Source: SAR324 cluster bacterium (GTDB lineage Bacteria; SAR324; NAC60-12). Taken from it: a stretch of 64,000 nucleotides of DNA. Both the position numbers and the translations under genes were made by a program. Below are positions 40,814 to 49,342 of the stretch, one piece after another; the first letter of the stretch is position 1, and the number at the start of each line of letters is the position of its first letter. The notes under the pieces were generated by a model that saw only the letters and a program-made list of their open reading frames with translations, did not search any database and had not been told where the DNA came from. The stretch covers positions 12,631 to 76,630 of the forward strand of contig JAKUUI010000001.1 of the NCBI GenBank assembly GCA_022448485.1. The letters run 5' to 3'.

Positions 40814-41646
40814 TCAATAAACAGGTGAGAACCGGATTTGGAGGGCAAAATGGTAAATACCTCTTCAATTCGACTAAAGTCTACTGCACTATCCAGCCTT
40901 GCAGTTTTGAATAGCTCATGGGCTTGATGTCGGATTTCGCTGACCCAGCCAATAAGTATTCCTTTCGGATACAGACCACCAAGACCGCTGGAAATCACCC
41001 GGTCTCCGATTTTAATTTTAGAATGCTGATTGATTTGCCTCATTTCCATCCCTTCGTGTGTTCCATATACCAAACCTCTAACACGATTACGTTGAATCAA
41101 CGCAGGAACACGGCTGCGGTGGTCAATAATCAATTGTACAGAAGACTGATATGGGGATACCGACTGGATGCGCCCCACCAGTCCCTCTTTGCGAAGAACA
41201 ACGAAGTTGCGCTGAAGCAATTGGTTACTGCCGCGGTTTATCAACCGAATTTGGTGGGTATTGTCTGCAGATTCTCCAATAATTTCAGCAAATATTTTCT
41301 CGCTGGCTTTTTTTTGTGCAAAGAGTAGCTGAGCCCGCAACCGGCTGAACTGTACAGAACTCTCAATGTGTTGGCTCAACTTTTCTTCCATATCAAGAAG
41401 CTGCTGCTTGAGGCGTTTATTCTCTTCATTGACCTCAATCAGAGATATGTAAGAATTCCAGAGGTTACTAAAAGTTGACGCTGCTGAATGCACTGAAGCT
41501 TGCAAGGGATAAGTTAAGGTTTGTACAGCTATTTGCAGCCGGGATGTACCTTTCTCGTTATGTGTTTGATACATCAGCAAGAACAGGCCGATAAGAGTGG
41601 CAACGATGGAAATATACAGACGGTATGTACTGATAAACTTGAACAT
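40810..41646 (-). CDS. mreC: rod shape-determining protein MreC
   Basis: It has an N-terminal TM segment, a coiled coil (ENKRLKQQLLDMEEKL), and C-terminal beta domains with the SGLGGLYPKG motif. Confidence 0.85.
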   Translation of the reverse strand: MFKFISTYRLYISIVATLIGLFLLMYQTHNEKGTSRLQIAVQTLTYPLQASVHSAASTFSNLWNSYISLIEVNEENKRLKQQLLDMEEKLSQHIESSVQFSRLRAQLLFAQKKASEKIFAEIIGESADNTHQIRLINRGSNQLLQRNFVVLRKEGLVGRIQSVSPYQSSVQLIIDHRSRVPALIQRNRVRGLVYGTHEGMEMRQINQHSKIKIGDRVISSGLGGLYPKGILIGWVSEIRHQAHELFKTARLDSAVDFSRIEEVFTILPSKSGSHLFIE

Positions 41647-41705
41647 ATTTCTATTGACAAGTGCCTTTTGTCAGTTGACAGCAGTGGATTAGCATTATTC
41701 CCACT

Positions 41706-42995
41706 TCAGACAATTTCCCTTAGGAGAACGACGGGTTTCAGCATGTAGTCTGCCTGGTTAATTTCCTTGAGAGCTTTGAGAACCAAACCTTCCTGGCAAT
41801 TCTGTAGTGTCAGTGTGAAGATCACGTTTTCTTCACCCTTTTTCCCAATTCTGTGATACTGCGGCAATTGTTCCAAAGCATAAATATTAATGGAATGCCG
41901 CTCAAATATCTTACCGATATGACCAAAAATTCCAGGGTGGTCTCGGACTTCAAAGCGCAAAGTATGTCGAAAACGTATATTTTTCATCGCTTCTATCGTT
42001 AACTTTCCAGAAGTAGGAGGTGGTGGGAACGGTTCCGGGTGTCTTTTAACTTTGTTCAGGTCCGAGACAATCGCAGATGCTGTTGGCAGGCTGCCTGCGC
42101 CTTTGCCGATGAGTGTTATATCTTCAGTATATTTTCCGGAGAGCGTTACAGCATTTGTTGAACCAGAGATTTTAGCCAACATATCATCTTTTTCAATCAT
42201 GAGTGGCAAAACATAAATTTGAATCCCATTATCATCCAGGCGAAGATTTGCGATCAATTTAATGCGCCGTCCCATACGTTCCGCATATTCAAAATCTGCT
42301 GCTTCCAAATGGTCGATACCCTCCAAAGTGATTTGTTCAGGAGCAAGCCACTGTCCGGTAATTAAATATGTAAGAATTACAAGTTTATAGCGGGCATCAA
42401 ATCCCTTAACATCATTTGTCGGATCTTGTTCTGCAAATCCCAATTCCTGCGCCTGTGAAAGTGCCTCCCCAAAAGAAAGGTCGTTGCTTTCCATTTCACA
42501 CAAAATGTAGTTCGTTGTGCCGTTGAGAATTCCTTGGAAACCCAGAATATCCTGCACTTGTAAATAATCCTTCAGCAGACGCAGAACTGGAATTGCTCCG
42601 GCTACAGAGGCTTCAAAAAGCAGATGGCGCCCGTTTTCTTGAGCAATCTTCATTAGTTCTGTGCCGTGAATTGCAATTAAATCTTTATTTGCCGTAATTA
42701 CATGTTTCCCGTTTTGCAATGCTGCCATGGTCAGTTCACGAGCAAATCCGCTTCCTCCGATTGTCTCGACGATTACATCAACTCGTGAATCTGCAAAAAG
42801 TTTTTCCTGGTTTTCGTAAAACAAATCAGGATTATTTTCAAACCAAGGTCGGGCAAATACTCCCTGAGTATCACATTCCAGAATTCCCACGAGATTTATA
42901 TTCGCATCCGGATGTTCGCTATGTTGTTTTAAAACGTGTGCGACACCACTACCAATTGTGCCGAATCCGGCAATAGCTACATTTAATGCTGACAT
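41706..42995 (-). CDS. hom: homoserine dehydrogenase
   Basis: It has the Rossmann motif VAIAGFGTIGSGV, VITANK, the catalytic-domain motif GILNGTTNYIL, and a C-terminal ACT domain. Confidence 0.9.
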   Translation of the reverse strand: MSALNVAIAGFGTIGSGVAHVLKQHSEHPDANINLVGILECDTQGVFARPWFENNPDLFYENQEKLFADSRVDVIVETIGGSGFARELTMAALQNGKHVITANKDLIAIHGTELMKIAQENGRHLLFEASVAGAIPVLRLLKDYLQVQDILGFQGILNGTTNYILCEMESNDLSFGEALSQAQELGFAEQDPTNDVKGFDARYKLVILTYLITGQWLAPEQITLEGIDHLEAADFEYAERMGRRIKLIANLRLDDNGIQIYVLPLMIEKDDMLAKISGSTNAVTLSGKYTEDITLIGKGAGSLPTASAIVSDLNKVKRHPEPFPPPPTSGKLTIEAMKNIRFRHTLRFEVRDHPGIFGHIGKIFERHSINIYALEQLPQYHRIGKKGEENVIFTLTLQNCQEGLVLKALKEINQADYMLKPVVLLREIV

Positions 42996-43022
42996 CAGTT
43001 TAATATAATTGATTGTTGATAA

Positions 43023-43418
43023 TTATTCGATAGCAGAAGAAATTTCCGCAATTGCATCCATTTCAATATCTACCCCTTTTGGCAAATCACTTACTTCTAC
43101 ACATGCCCGTGCAGGTTTAGAGGCATCAAAGTATTCTGCATATATCTCGTTTAATTCACCAAATTGAGTCAGGTTTTTCATGTAAATTGTTACTTTCAGT
43201 ACTCGGTCCAACCCCGAACCTCCTGCTTGCAGAATTAATTGCAGATTCAAAAGTACTCGGTGACATTGTTCGGCAAATGAATTTATCGCTAGTTCACCAC
43301 TCTCTGGATCAAGCGGAATTTGCCCGGAAACAAACAACATGTTTCCGCAGCTTACGGCTTGAGAATAGGGTCCTATCGGAGTAGGTGCATTTGATATTTT
43401 GACAATTGATCGGGACAT
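43023..43418 (-). CDS. ridA: RidA/YjgF family reactive-intermediate deaminase
   Basis: The 131-aa product has APTPIGPYSQA, SGQIPLDP and PARACVEV motifs. Confidence 0.9.
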   Translation of the reverse strand: MSRSIVKISNAPTPIGPYSQAVSCGNMLFVSGQIPLDPESGELAINSFAEQCHRVLLNLQLILQAGGSGLDRVLKVTIYMKNLTQFGELNEIYAEYFDASKPARACVEVSDLPKGVDIEMDAIAEISSAIE

Positions 43419-43439
43419 TTTTTTGGCTAGCTCAAAGTC

Positions 43440-44474
43440 TTAATGGTCGATTTTTCTTTTTAGAAATTGATACCACTGCAAACGGTCGAAAATACTTTGA
43501 TCCATCGCAAACCACTCAGCACAACCCAGTATTGCTGCTTCTTCGAGCAATTGCGGAGATTTAATATTTCCGTTAATTATCAGTGGTTTGTCTGTATATT
43601 TCGCGGTCCAGTGACACAAAGGTTCTTTGTTTTCAAAACACTTATTCATCGCATGAACAGCCAGTGGATGGAAAATATCAACACCAGCTTTTTCCAGCAG
43701 GTTTAACATGTTTTTCAGATCTTTGGGTTTGAAGCCGTCTTCAATTTTATCAAAGATAGAAAAGTAATAACTAAGGGGAATGCTAACCGACTCACGCTTA
43801 TTAATAGAATTGACTACATCCAGAGCCAATTGCACACGATTTTCAATCTTTGCTGAACCATATTCGTCATCACGAGAATTAAGTTTGACACAACAACATT
43901 GATCCAGCAATTGTTGTTCTGTCCCGTTTATTTCAATAAAATCCATGCCAGCTTCTTCAGCACGTTCGGCTGCATGAACAAAATTGAGAACAATCTCTTC
44001 AACATCTCCCTGATTGAATTCACGACTGATGTCATAATCCCGCCCAAAATTTACCACAGAGGGTCCCACAGGTTGTTCACCACAAGCGCTTTCAGAAGTC
44101 TGTGCACCTGCATGACTGAGACGGATTCCGATGGTGGTTCCTTCTTTTTTTACACCCTGAGCTAATTTTTCCAGTCCCTCAAGATGCTCTTCTTCTGAAA
44201 TCCCCAACTGGTTGATGTGACTTCGCCCCTGCTTAGTCACGTAAGCAGATTCTACAATTATTGTGCCGACACCCTGCCTTGCTAAAGAACGGTAATGTTT
44301 GATTATTGCTGGAGTTACTTTGCCATTGGTATCTGCCTGATCGTCTACTGTTGGCGGGGCAAGTATCCGGTTCCGGTACTGGACACCTTGAACTTCAAAG
44401 GGTTGGAACATGGTCTCTATTTTTGACTGAGCAATTTTAGCTGGTTTTAAACTCGATTTTGATACGGAAGGCAT
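43440..44474 (-). CDS. NADH:flavin oxidoreductase (Old Yellow Enzyme-like TIM barrel)
   Basis: FQPFEVQGVQYRNRILAPP, LSHAGAQ and the overall length fit the OYE/NemA-like family. Confidence 0.65.
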   Translation of the reverse strand: MPSVSKSSLKPAKIAQSKIETMFQPFEVQGVQYRNRILAPPTVDDQADTNGKVTPAIIKHYRSLARQGVGTIIVESAYVTKQGRSHINQLGISEEEHLEGLEKLAQGVKKEGTTIGIRLSHAGAQTSESACGEQPVGPSVVNFGRDYDISREFNQGDVEEIVLNFVHAAERAEEAGMDFIEINGTEQQLLDQCCCVKLNSRDDEYGSAKIENRVQLALDVVNSINKRESVSIPLSYYFSIFDKIEDGFKPKDLKNMLNLLEKAGVDIFHPLAVHAMNKCFENKEPLCHWTAKYTDKPLIINGNIKSPQLLEEAAILGCAEWFAMDQSIFDRLQWYQFLKRKIDH

Positions 44475-44503
44475 ACTGATTCTGTGTGCTGGTTGTTAAA
44501 TGT

Positions 44504-44830
44504 TTAACGTTGTGCTTTTTCTTCCAAGCCTGATTGACCGAGACGATCTTCAAGTTCTTGTGATATTTCGTTTAATGTTATTCCCTGGTGTCCCATCAGG
44601 ACAAGCATGTGAAACCAGAGATCGGTAATTTCGTGAATTTGTTCTTTCCTGTTCTCATTTTTTGCAGCAAGAATTACTTCAGCGGACTCTTCACCAATTT
44701 TTTTCAAAATGGAATCTGTGCCTTTTTCCATCAAAGAAGCCACATATGAATTATCCGGGGAGCTCTGTTTGCGCTCCAGGATAATATCATAAACTTGCTC
44801 AAACATTGTTGCAGAAATTCTGGTATTCAT
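44504..44830 (-). CDS. hisE: phosphoribosyl-ATP pyrophosphohydrolase
   Basis: The 108-aa product has SYVASLMEKG..ILKKIGEE..E...A and the E..DL.FH.LVL motif. Confidence 0.9.
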   Translation of the reverse strand: MNTRISATMFEQVYDIILERKQSSPDNSYVASLMEKGTDSILKKIGEESAEVILAAKNENRKEQIHEITDLWFHMLVLMGHQGITLNEISQELEDRLGQSGLEEKAQR

Positions 44831-46290
44831 TTTTCAAGGCCTCTTTGATTTTTCAGGCCCAGTGTTTCAATTTTTTTACGCAAGGTATTCCTGTTTATTC
44901 CCAAAATTCTGGCTGCTCTTTGCTGATTCCACCTGGTTTGTTCAAGAAGTAAATTCAGCAGCGGACGTTCCACCTGCGGCAGCACTTCCGCCATCAGTGA
45001 ACCTCTGTCAAATTGAACTGCATCCTTGACCAGCGCTTCCAGCTTTCTGGAAGCAACCTCTTCCAGGCTCTCTTCTGAATCTGGCAAAGGCTGACGTTTG
45101 AACAGATTTTTTGGCAGCGAGTCCAACATAATTGTGCCAGTGACATTTGTGATCATCAGGCTCTTAACCGTATTTTCCAATTCTCGGATATTTCCCGGCC
45201 AGTTATAACGAGCCAAGACACTCATCGCTTCAGGCTCAACTGCTTTGCAACCAACAGCCATTTCTTTGCTGCCCTTTTGCAGGAAATGCTCAACTAATAC
45301 CGGAATATCTTCCCGTCGTTCACGTAGTGAAGCAATGTTGACCGGAAAAACGTTCAGCCGGTAATAAAGATCTGTCCTGAACTGTGAATTGTTTATCAAA
45401 TTTTCCAGGTCATGGTGCGTGGCGGCAATCACTCGCATATTCGTCGTGATTAGTTCGTGTCCTCCCAGTCGTTCAAATTGTTTTTCCTGCAAGACCCTCA
45501 AGAGCTTACTCTGGAGCCTCATCGGCATATCACCAATCTCGTCCAGAAACAAAGTACCCTGACTCGCAAGTTCCAGTTTACCACGCTTACGATCGGTTGC
45601 ACCAGTAAAAGCACCTTTTTCGTGACCAAATAATTCTGACTCCATCAACTCTGAAGGAATCGCGGCACAATTGATTGCAACAAAAGGCTGACTGGCACGT
45701 AAAGAATGCTGGTGAATGGAACGTGCAATCAGTTCCTTCCCTGTTCCGCTTTCACCTTGAATTAGTACTGTCAAATCAGTAGCAGAGACTCGGCCAATTG
45801 CCTTATAGAGATCATGCATAACTTTACTTTGCCCTGTAAGCAAATCGTCTTCTTTTTTTCTGGATTTTATTCTTGTAATTTCCCGAGTGTTTAACGGAAC
45901 TCTCAGAGCTCGTTTTACCAGCTCTTCAATTTCATCAATGTCAAAGGGTTTGGTTACATAATCAAAAACCCCGGCTTTCATTGCTTCTACCGTGTTGTAC
46001 ATTGTACTTTGGCCGGTCATGACGATTATCATCAGAGACGGGTACTCTTCCAATATTTCACGAGCGAATGAAAGACCGTCTTGACCAGGGAGATTGATGT
46101 CAACCAAAGCGAGCCGAATCGAATGTTTCCCGAGATGTTGCCTCGCTTCTGGTACGTCTGTCGCCAGATGTGGAATATAGCCGGCCTGTGATAAGGTGCG
46201 TTCCAGTACCCAGCGGATACTGTGTTCATCGTCCAAGACTAATATTTTAGATGACTCTTTACTCTGTTCAGTTTCTGCTGGTTTGGACAT
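44827..46290 (-). CDS. sigma-54-dependent response regulator (NtrC family: REC + AAA+ + Fis-type HTH)
   Basis: REC motifs are intact (LVLDDE, LVDINLPG, VTKPF). The AAA+ domain has GESGTGKE and the sigma-54 contact loop GAFTGA. The C-terminal HTH reads AARILGINRNTLRKK. Confidence 0.9.
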   Translation of the reverse strand: MSKPAETEQSKESSKILVLDDEHSIRWVLERTLSQAGYIPHLATDVPEARQHLGKHSIRLALVDINLPGQDGLSFAREILEEYPSLMIIVMTGQSTMYNTVEAMKAGVFDYVTKPFDIDEIEELVKRALRVPLNTREITRIKSRKKEDDLLTGQSKVMHDLYKAIGRVSATDLTVLIQGESGTGKELIARSIHQHSLRASQPFVAINCAAIPSELMESELFGHEKGAFTGATDRKRGKLELASQGTLFLDEIGDMPMRLQSKLLRVLQEKQFERLGGHELITTNMRVIAATHHDLENLINNSQFRTDLYYRLNVFPVNIASLRERREDIPVLVEHFLQKGSKEMAVGCKAVEPEAMSVLARYNWPGNIRELENTVKSLMITNVTGTIMLDSLPKNLFKRQPLPDSEESLEEVASRKLEALVKDAVQFDRGSLMAEVLPQVERPLLNLLLEQTRWNQQRAARILGINRNTLRKKIETLGLKNQRGLEK

Positions 46291-46358
46291 AGCTTTTTAT
46301 GATCATCTTTTTTTAAATCTGTGCTAAGTAGCCAACTTTTTTCTGATGCAAAAATCTT

Positions 46359-47219
46359 TTACGACTTTTGTAAATACATAGAAGCAGCATCAAGAAAACC
46401 AGCCGAGAGCAACTCCTCCTCAGCAAGAAAATCAAACAAGTTCGATAAAGATTCCCGCATGCTTTCCAAATCTTCTTCCAGCGGGTTTGCGTTTTCCAGG
46501 AACCATTTTTCCATGAATTCTTTGACTAGGTCTGCATCCCATTCTGCAACAGGTGGGGGCTCAAAATCAACTAGGAAAACATCTAAATCTTCTTCCACCT
46601 GCTCTTGTTTCTCTGCAGGCACAAGTGCTAAGTATTTTGTGTATATATCAGCCTTGATTGCGGGTATCCGTTCTTTCGGCTTTTCTTCTTCCGACAGCTC
46701 TTCATCAGCTTTTATGCTAAGACCAGCTTCTTCAGAAACTTGGACTTTTTGAGTAAGTCCCTGAATATAATCATGGTTGCGTTTATCAAATTCATCCATT
46801 ACTGCTGGCAGACCGGCAAGATCCAGTTCCTTCCCTTCTACTGCAGAACGTGTTTTCAGGAAAATAGCAATAAGCACCGGGTTTGAAAGATACGGGATTT
46901 TGTCTTTGTTTGCAATTTGATGACGCGTCACTTTTGCCAGAATAGATTTTATCGATTTTTCAGAATGTACTGTTTCCATTTCCTCAAGTCTCTGGTCTAG
47001 GTCGGCAATAAACTCTTCTGTCAGCAACTCCATCAGTATGTCAGCTTCTGTTCGTTCGCTTTGAAGCAGTGTCCTGAGTTCCTCATGACCCATATTCAAA
47101 TCTGCCAGTTCTGGCTCAAATGCAAGAGTAGGTAAAGTGCTTAAGAGTTGTTCAAGTTGTTGGGGAGTACCGTTCTGTTGGGGACTTCGCTTAGGCATTG
47201 TTTTGCGTCTCTGGATCAT
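46359..47219 (-). CDS. hypothetical acidic protein (start uncertain)
   Basis: The long ORF is protein-like from about MIQRRKTMPKRSP onward. The track ORF (to 47348) adds a K/R-rich N-terminus encoded by poly-T/A tracts that may be non-coding. I recognise no family. Confidence 0.45.
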   Translation of the reverse strand: MIQRRKTMPKRSPQQNGTPQQLEQLLSTLPTLAFEPELADLNMGHEELRTLLQSERTEADILMELLTEEFIADLDQRLEEMETVHSEKSIKSILAKVTRHQIANKDKIPYLSNPVLIAIFLKTRSAVEGKELDLAGLPAVMDEFDKRNHDYIQGLTQKVQVSEEAGLSIKADEELSEEEKPKERIPAIKADIYTKYLALVPAEKQEQVEEDLDVFLVDFEPPPVAEWDADLVKEFMEKWFLENANPLEEDLESMRESLSNLFDFLAEEELLSAGFLDAASMYLQKS

Positions 47220-47477
47220 TTTTTTTTGACGCTTTTTCTGTTGACGCTTTAGTATTCCTGTTTTTTTTTGCTTTCTTTTTTTGGCCACGAATAAATATAC
47301 TGGTACATAAGTTATAAAGTTGATTAAAGAATATCGCAGAATTGTCAAAAAAAATCACGTCAAATTAGTGGATTATTTTTCGTTCATTCGACCAGTTTAT
47401 TTTGGATGAATCAATAAACAGGAAATTATTTTCAAGCATTGAAGACCAATAATTTTCTAATTTTCCAGTTTAACTCA

Positions 47478-49055
47478 ATGAGTCAGATTCAAAAACATTG
47501 GTTAGGAATACTCATCTTTGGAGGCTTAGCGACAATAGTCTATGCAAGTGAAAGCTTAGGAGGATTAGCTCCATTCCCCACACCACTTGATGCTTATGGT
47601 GATGCAGACTTAATCAAAAGTGGTGATGTAATGACTGTATTAGCAAACCGGATTGAACACTCTCCTTTCAATCTCTGGGCATCGCTCACATTTTTGTTTG
47701 CTATTCTGCATACGTTTTTTGCTGTAAAAATCACAGGAGTTGCAAAGAAAATGGAACTCGCACATGCATCAAAAATGAAAGCAGGAGGCAAATCAGAAGA
47801 AGAGATTGAACATAATCCCCCTGTTGGGGCTGAAATATTACATTTCTTTGGCGAGGTAGAGGCGATTTTCGGGATTTGGGTTCTAGTTTTGGCAGCAGTA
47901 ACCATTTTGTTCTATGATTGGACCACTTTTAGAAATTACATCGCGCACGAAGTTAATTATACCGAGCCGATGTTTGTGGTGGTCATTATGACTCTTGCCT
48001 CTACACGTCCTGTAATGATGTTAGCAAAACAGATCTTGGGAATATTTGCCGCCATTGGGAGGCACTCACCTGGTGCATGGTGGCTGTCTATTCTAACCTT
48101 AGCTCCAGTGCTGGGGTCCTTTATCACAGAGCCTGCGGCAATGACCATCGGGGCATTGCTGCTGGCAGAACAGTTTTATCATCTCAAACCTTCCAGCAAA
48201 CTTGCATACGCGACTATCGGTCTTCTCTTTGTAAATATTTCTGTGGGAGGCACGTTCACGCATTTTGCTGCACCACCAGTCTTGATGGTAGCTTCGCCGT
48301 GGGGTTGGACTTTCCCTTTCATGGCTCTGAATTTTGGCTGGAAAGCGTTTATTGGAATTATCATTTCAAACATCATTTATTACATGGTGTTTAAGAGCGA
48401 GTTTTCTTTGCTTTCCTCTATCTCTGGATCTGACCTGGCAAATAGAAAAGCCTTGGAGCAACAAGAAGATTCGGTCCCCGCATGGATTACCGTGGTTCAC
48501 CTTCTTTTCATGGGATGGACTGTTTTTAATGCTCACTACCCGCCACTTTTCGTTGGTGGTTTCCTGTTTTTCGTAGGTTTTGCCATGGCAACCAAAGTAC
48601 ACCAAAGCCATGTTGACTTGAAACCACCCATGCTGGTCGGTTTTTTCTTGGCGGGTTTAGTTACGCATGGAGGAATGCAGGCCTGGTGGATTGCACCAGT
48701 ATTAGGATCTTTGGGAGACTTGCCTCTGATGTTGTCTGCTACAATACTGACTGCATTCAACGACAACGCGGCAATTACGTATTTGAGCACCTTAGTTCCG
48801 GACTTTACCATTTCAGCCAAATATGCGGTGGTTGCCGGAGCAGTAACTGGTGGAGGACTAACGGTGATTGCCAACGCCCCAAATCCTGCCGGTCAATCGA
48901 TTTTGTCTAAGTTTTTTCCTGGTGGAGTGAATCCTGCGAAGCTCGCTTTGGGTGCAATAATTCCCACGATCATTATGGGTCTGGCCTTTATGGCTATTCC
49001 ACAGGATGTTCACGATCCTCAGCAGGATAGGCAGAGCACAGTAGAAGCTTCTTAA
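47478..49055 (+). CDS. polytopic membrane protein, paralog 1; resembles the family annotated as putative Na+/H+ antiporter (Na_H_antiport_2/DUF1504, from memory)
   Basis: It has a signal-like N-terminus (MSQIQKHWLGILIFGGLATIVYA) and ~11-12 TM segments, with conserved SFITEPAA, TAFNDNAAITYL and IANAPNPAGQSIL motifs. The track ORF starts at a TTG at 47439. Confidence 0.8.
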   Translation: MSQIQKHWLGILIFGGLATIVYASESLGGLAPFPTPLDAYGDADLIKSGDVMTVLANRIEHSPFNLWASLTFLFAILHTFFAVKITGVAKKMELAHASKMKAGGKSEEEIEHNPPVGAEILHFFGEVEAIFGIWVLVLAAVTILFYDWTTFRNYIAHEVNYTEPMFVVVIMTLASTRPVMMLAKQILGIFAAIGRHSPGAWWLSILTLAPVLGSFITEPAAMTIGALLLAEQFYHLKPSSKLAYATIGLLFVNISVGGTFTHFAAPPVLMVASPWGWTFPFMALNFGWKAFIGIIISNIIYYMVFKSEFSLLSSISGSDLANRKALEQQEDSVPAWITVVHLLFMGWTVFNAHYPPLFVGGFLFFVGFAMATKVHQSHVDLKPPMLVGFFLAGLVTHGGMQAWWIAPVLGSLGDLPLMLSATILTAFNDNAAITYLSTLVPDFTISAKYAVVAGAVTGGGLTVIANAPNPAGQSILSKFFPGGVNPAKLALGAIIPTIIMGLAFMAIPQDVHDPQQDRQSTVEAS

Positions 49056-49145
49056 TGATTCTAGTTTGTTTCCTGTGAAGTCTGGAATACATTCTTCACT
49101 TGCTGTTACGTCAGAGTGTGCGATTTTTTTGTGGTTCTTTAAATG

Positions 49146-49174
49146 TTGCAATATATCAAAAAATCCTGTATAAT
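49146..49174 (+). promoter_or_regulatory. near-consensus sigma-70 promoter (TTGCAA - 17 nt - TATAAT) upstream of paralog 2
   Basis: Read directly: ttgcaa at 49146-49151, a 17-nt spacer, and tataat at 49169-49174, in the 206-bp spacer between the two paralogs. Confidence 0.5.
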
Positions 49175-49342
49175 ATGCATGTGTAAGGAGTTGTATACGT
49201 ATTTAATTTACGAAAATCGGGAATCTCCATAGCGAAAAATAATCTGTTAAAATTTCTCACTGTGGTCAAAATGAGAAGAGGAGGATATAGTTTTTTCCAA
49301 AGTACAAAATGTACAGTTGTTAACCATTCACAGAGTAATATT

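Noticed and set aside
46321-46752. A 143-aa Ser-rich plus-strand ORF
   Set aside because: It is antisense to the acidic hypothetical gene (GAA/GAT-rich), the same artefact as in the poly-acidic protein.
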